The notes under the pieces are model-generated. The model ran no database searches and was not told the origin of the DNA. It saw only the letters and a program-made list of their open reading frames with translations. From assembly GCA_965113315.1 (NCBI GenBank), contig OZ220364.1: 64,000 nucleotides of DNA; one strand, 5' to 3'. Of this stretch, positions 62,726 to 64,000 are shown in pieces (the stretch's first letter is position 1; each line of letters starts with the position of its first letter). The position numbers and the translations under genes were made by a program. The stretch is from Podarcis vaucheri. Its lineage: Eukaryota.

Positions 62726-64000
62726 GTTTCTACCTATGAAAGATACAATGAATGACATTCTACAAAATGGAATTCTACTGAGCTCGTGGAAAGAAAGTTT
62801 CATTACCCTTATTCATAAACAAGGATCTGACCCTTTAAGCATGGTGAACTACAGACCTATTGCCCTGCTAAATAAGGACTACAAGATATTTGCAGACATT
62901 ATTGAAAACAGTCTTAAAACAGTTATAAAAGAAATAATCCATAAAGATCAAACAGTTTTCCTCCCAGGGCACCATATGCAAACTAACCTCCGGTGTGTGA
63001 TAAATGTCTTAGAATATCTTGATTATAAAATTGATAAACCAGCCACTATTATGTTGGTGGATGCTGAAAAGGCATTTGACCAGGTATCCTGGAAGTTTAT
63101 GAAAAAACTAATTCAAGAAATCGGAACTGGCGAAAATCTCTGTAAAGGAATAAATGTCATCTATTTGGAACAATCAGCTGAATTAATAATCAACATTAAA
63201 ATCGCAGATGAATTCAAAATAAGTAAGGGGATCCGGCAAGGCTGCCGATTATCTCCCTTAATATTTATTATGGTAATGGAAGTCCTAAATATCCGGATAC
63301 GAGGAGACCAGCTGGTCAAAGGAATAACATTGGGAAATAAATCCTACAAACTCAAGGCCTTTGCTGATGACCTATTAATAATGACCGAAAACACCAAAGA
63401 AAGTTTAATGAGCATATTAGACTTGATTAAGAATTCTGGAGAAGTTGCTGGTTTTAAATTGAATACCACAAAAAGAAAATTATTGGTCAAGAATGTATCT
63501 TCACAGGAAAAAGAAGACCTAGAAAAAATATCGGGCCTGAGGATATGTAACAAAGCAAAGTATTTAGGTATATGGTTTACCCCTAAAAACATAAATCTAT
63601 TCCAGGACAATTATACAAAAGTATGGTCAGAGATAAAAAGAAACCTTGAGATTTGGAGCAGGCTGAAGTTATCAATTTTAGGGAGGATATCCATTATAAA
63701 GATGAACGTGCTCCTCAGGTTGATTTTTTTTGTTTGTTTGTTTCAAATGATTCTGATACTGGGTGGAGCAGGCTGCCTCAAGAATTGGCAAAAAGACATT
63801 TCTAAATTTGTTTGGCAGGGGAAGAGACCTAGAGTTAAACATCAGGTTTTAATTGATATAAAAGACAGAGGAGGCTTCTCCCTGCCCAATCTTAAATTGT
63901 ATTATGATGCGGCCTGCTTCACCTGGTTGAAAGAATGGTGTACATTGCAGGATTCGGACCTATTGGATCTGGAGGGTTTTGACAACCGATGGGGTTGGCA

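Larger units (their letters stand above)
60940..64000 (+). mobile_element. L1-clade LINE ORF2 (partial APE endonuclease plus RT), 5'-truncated, split by a solo LTR, running off the window end
   Basis: EN motifs LLDDFN, FTHYS, ISDHNP; KTPGPDG; RT motifs NYRPIALLNKDYKIF, VDAEKAFDQV, GIRQGCRLSPLIF, FADD, KYLGI. Confidence 0.95.

Overview
This is eukaryotic genomic DNA from a squamate reptile, most likely a lacertid lizard, judging by the Sauria/Squam1 SINEs and Bov-B copies with (CAA)n tails. The whole window lies inside one + strand gene, SLC6A11 (GABA transporter GAT-3). Nine consecutive coding exons (1123 nt, all GT-AG, phases consistent, no stops) run from 8116 to 60613; the 5' exons and the last exon lie outside the window. 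The introns hold many transposable elements: L1, CR1, L2, three RTE-clade families including Bov-B, Sauria and other tRNA-derived SINEs, hAT, Tc1/pogo and Harbinger-like MITEs, solo LTRs and microsatellites. Nearly all ORFs in the supplied track are TE fragments or noise. I found no new protein-coding system. The best leads are: (1) a sense solo LTR with five CCAAT boxes and a TATA box, followed 27 nt later by a consensus splice donor, which could form an internal first exon of GAT-3; (2) SINEs that join three different tRNA heads (Asn, Lys, Ile) to one CR1-derived tail; (3) a young sense L1 split by an LTR, whose RT frame is open for about 420 codons and is missing from the ORF track; (4) inverted young SINE pairs around a frame-symmetric exon; (5) several insertion-junction signatures. 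TE family names come from motif recognition, not a database search, and the boundaries of old elements are approximate.
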